A stretch of DNA of 64,000 nt from Phoronis australis. Taxonomy: Eukaryota; Animalia; Phoronida. Where the stretch lies: positions 229,516-293,515 of the forward strand of contig NMRA01000202.1 of NCBI GenBank assembly GCA_002633005.1, written 5' to 3'. The position numbers were made by a program, and so were the translations under genes. Under the pieces are notes generated by a model, which saw only the letters and a program-made list of their open reading frames with translations, made no database searches and had not been told where the DNA came from. Shown here piece by piece: positions 63,601 to 64,000 of this stretch; position 1 is the stretch's first letter; each line of letters begins with the position of its first letter.

Positions 63601-64000
63601 GCTATGCCAGTTTTTGTTGTGATGTAATGCACACCTTTGATAAAATGGCTCTATTAACAGTTCTCAAACATTTTCATTCTCTTCTACTTTACATTTATGT
63701 AATATTTTTGTAACACTAGTTTGTATCTTCAGTCTGTGGTACAAAGTGTAGTCTATTTTGTCAGTGTAAAGAACATCCGTCCTCGGTCATGTTGCGTATC
63801 ATTTGTATCATTCTACAACTTTGTACTGAACTGAGCAACACTTTATTTGAAGGGTTTATCTTCCAAGTCACAGACTCTCGCTAGCTCTGCTAGTGACACC
63901 TGTCTGCAAGCATTGCAGATTCACGCGGAACGGTTCGACATGCAGGTTACTAAGCCAATGTATGCTCGCAAACTGGTGAAAATGGTCAGCAAGATGCCAG
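56654..64000 (+). CDS. VPS13B: Vacuolar protein sorting 13B (COH1) bridge-like lipid transfer protein, 5' part; continues beyond the window
   Basis: Exons 56654-57602, 58165-58340, 58800-59009, 60100-60328, 61470-61658, 62152-62333, 63853(or 63874)-64000+, all phase-consistent GT-AG. The N-terminal chorein domain MFKIESYITPMIMSYVDKYVKLKPEDFQLSLWGGDAVLNKLDLRLDVIE...GHIHELRLHVPWTKLGSE is VPS13B-type; also GWASWAWSYVP, LFD.KSPEN and PMYA..LV. Confidence 0.95.
58165..58340 (+). CDS. VPS13B: VPS13B exon (GQEGWASWAWSYVPQI...IGFYIPKACVLFK)
   Basis: Phase 1-0, conserved GW.SWAWS motif. Confidence 0.9.
58800..59009 (+). CDS. VPS13B: VPS13B exon (LTESIHEAPYFGPQKV...FFDAQVG)
   Basis: tttcag/GTAATG, 210 nt, phase 0-0. 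Confidence 0.88.
60100..60328 (+). CDS. VPS13B: VPS13B exon (NCLFDMKSPENRGER...WGALYLDYFY)
   Basis: ttcacag/GTAAAT, phase 0-1. Confidence 0.9.
61470..61658 (+). CDS. VPS13B: VPS13B exon (TSSLVHRVQK...HDYEPYS)
   Basis: ttctag/GTAAAT, 189 nt, phase 1-1. Confidence 0.88.
62152..62333 (+). CDS. VPS13B: VPS13B exon (EIVDETRPVPS...ADHP)
   Basis: ttttacag/GTAAGA, phase 1-0. Confidence 0.85.
62618..63543 (+). mobile_element. Helentron-associated non-autonomous element (HINE/DINE-1-like), interrupted by an N gap
   Basis: Begins TTATTATGCG with the hairpin GCGCCCACATA-T-TTATATGTGGACGC, then a (GTCC)n microsatellite and ATGAAATTTGGCACA, the usual HINE layout. Confidence 0.7.
63853..64000 (+). CDS. 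VPS13B: VPS13B exon, truncated by the window end (LQIHAERFDMQVTKPMYARKLVKMVSKMP)
   Basis: Open phase-0 frame. The acceptor is ambiguous between 63853 and 63874. Confidence 0.75.

Overview
Animal (probably invertebrate) genomic DNA: AT-rich, intron-rich and repeat-rich, with three N gaps. Two conserved multi-exon genes lie head-to-head around a CpG-rich promoter near 52.4 kb. KDM1B/LSD2 is on the minus strand (17 coding exons traced, 47504 to 15651; the GxGxxG FAD-binding exon is not visible and probably lies in the 34599-34885 gap). The 5' part of VPS13B is on the plus strand (56654 to window end). The most notable feature is an intact 1281-nt exon inside KDM1B, between the SWIRM exon and the amine-oxidase exons. 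It is splice-phase compatible with the SWIRM exon and has its own stop and AATAAA. It encodes a basic region, a PIDLS CtBP-type motif, a SUMO consensus and a C-terminal BESS-like motif, suggesting a non-catalytic LSD2 'reader-corepressor' isoform. Its last codons are amplified into a 17-unit minisatellite. The first ~12 kb has no recognisable gene and consists of transposon relics and repeats. All calls were made by eye, with no database searches.
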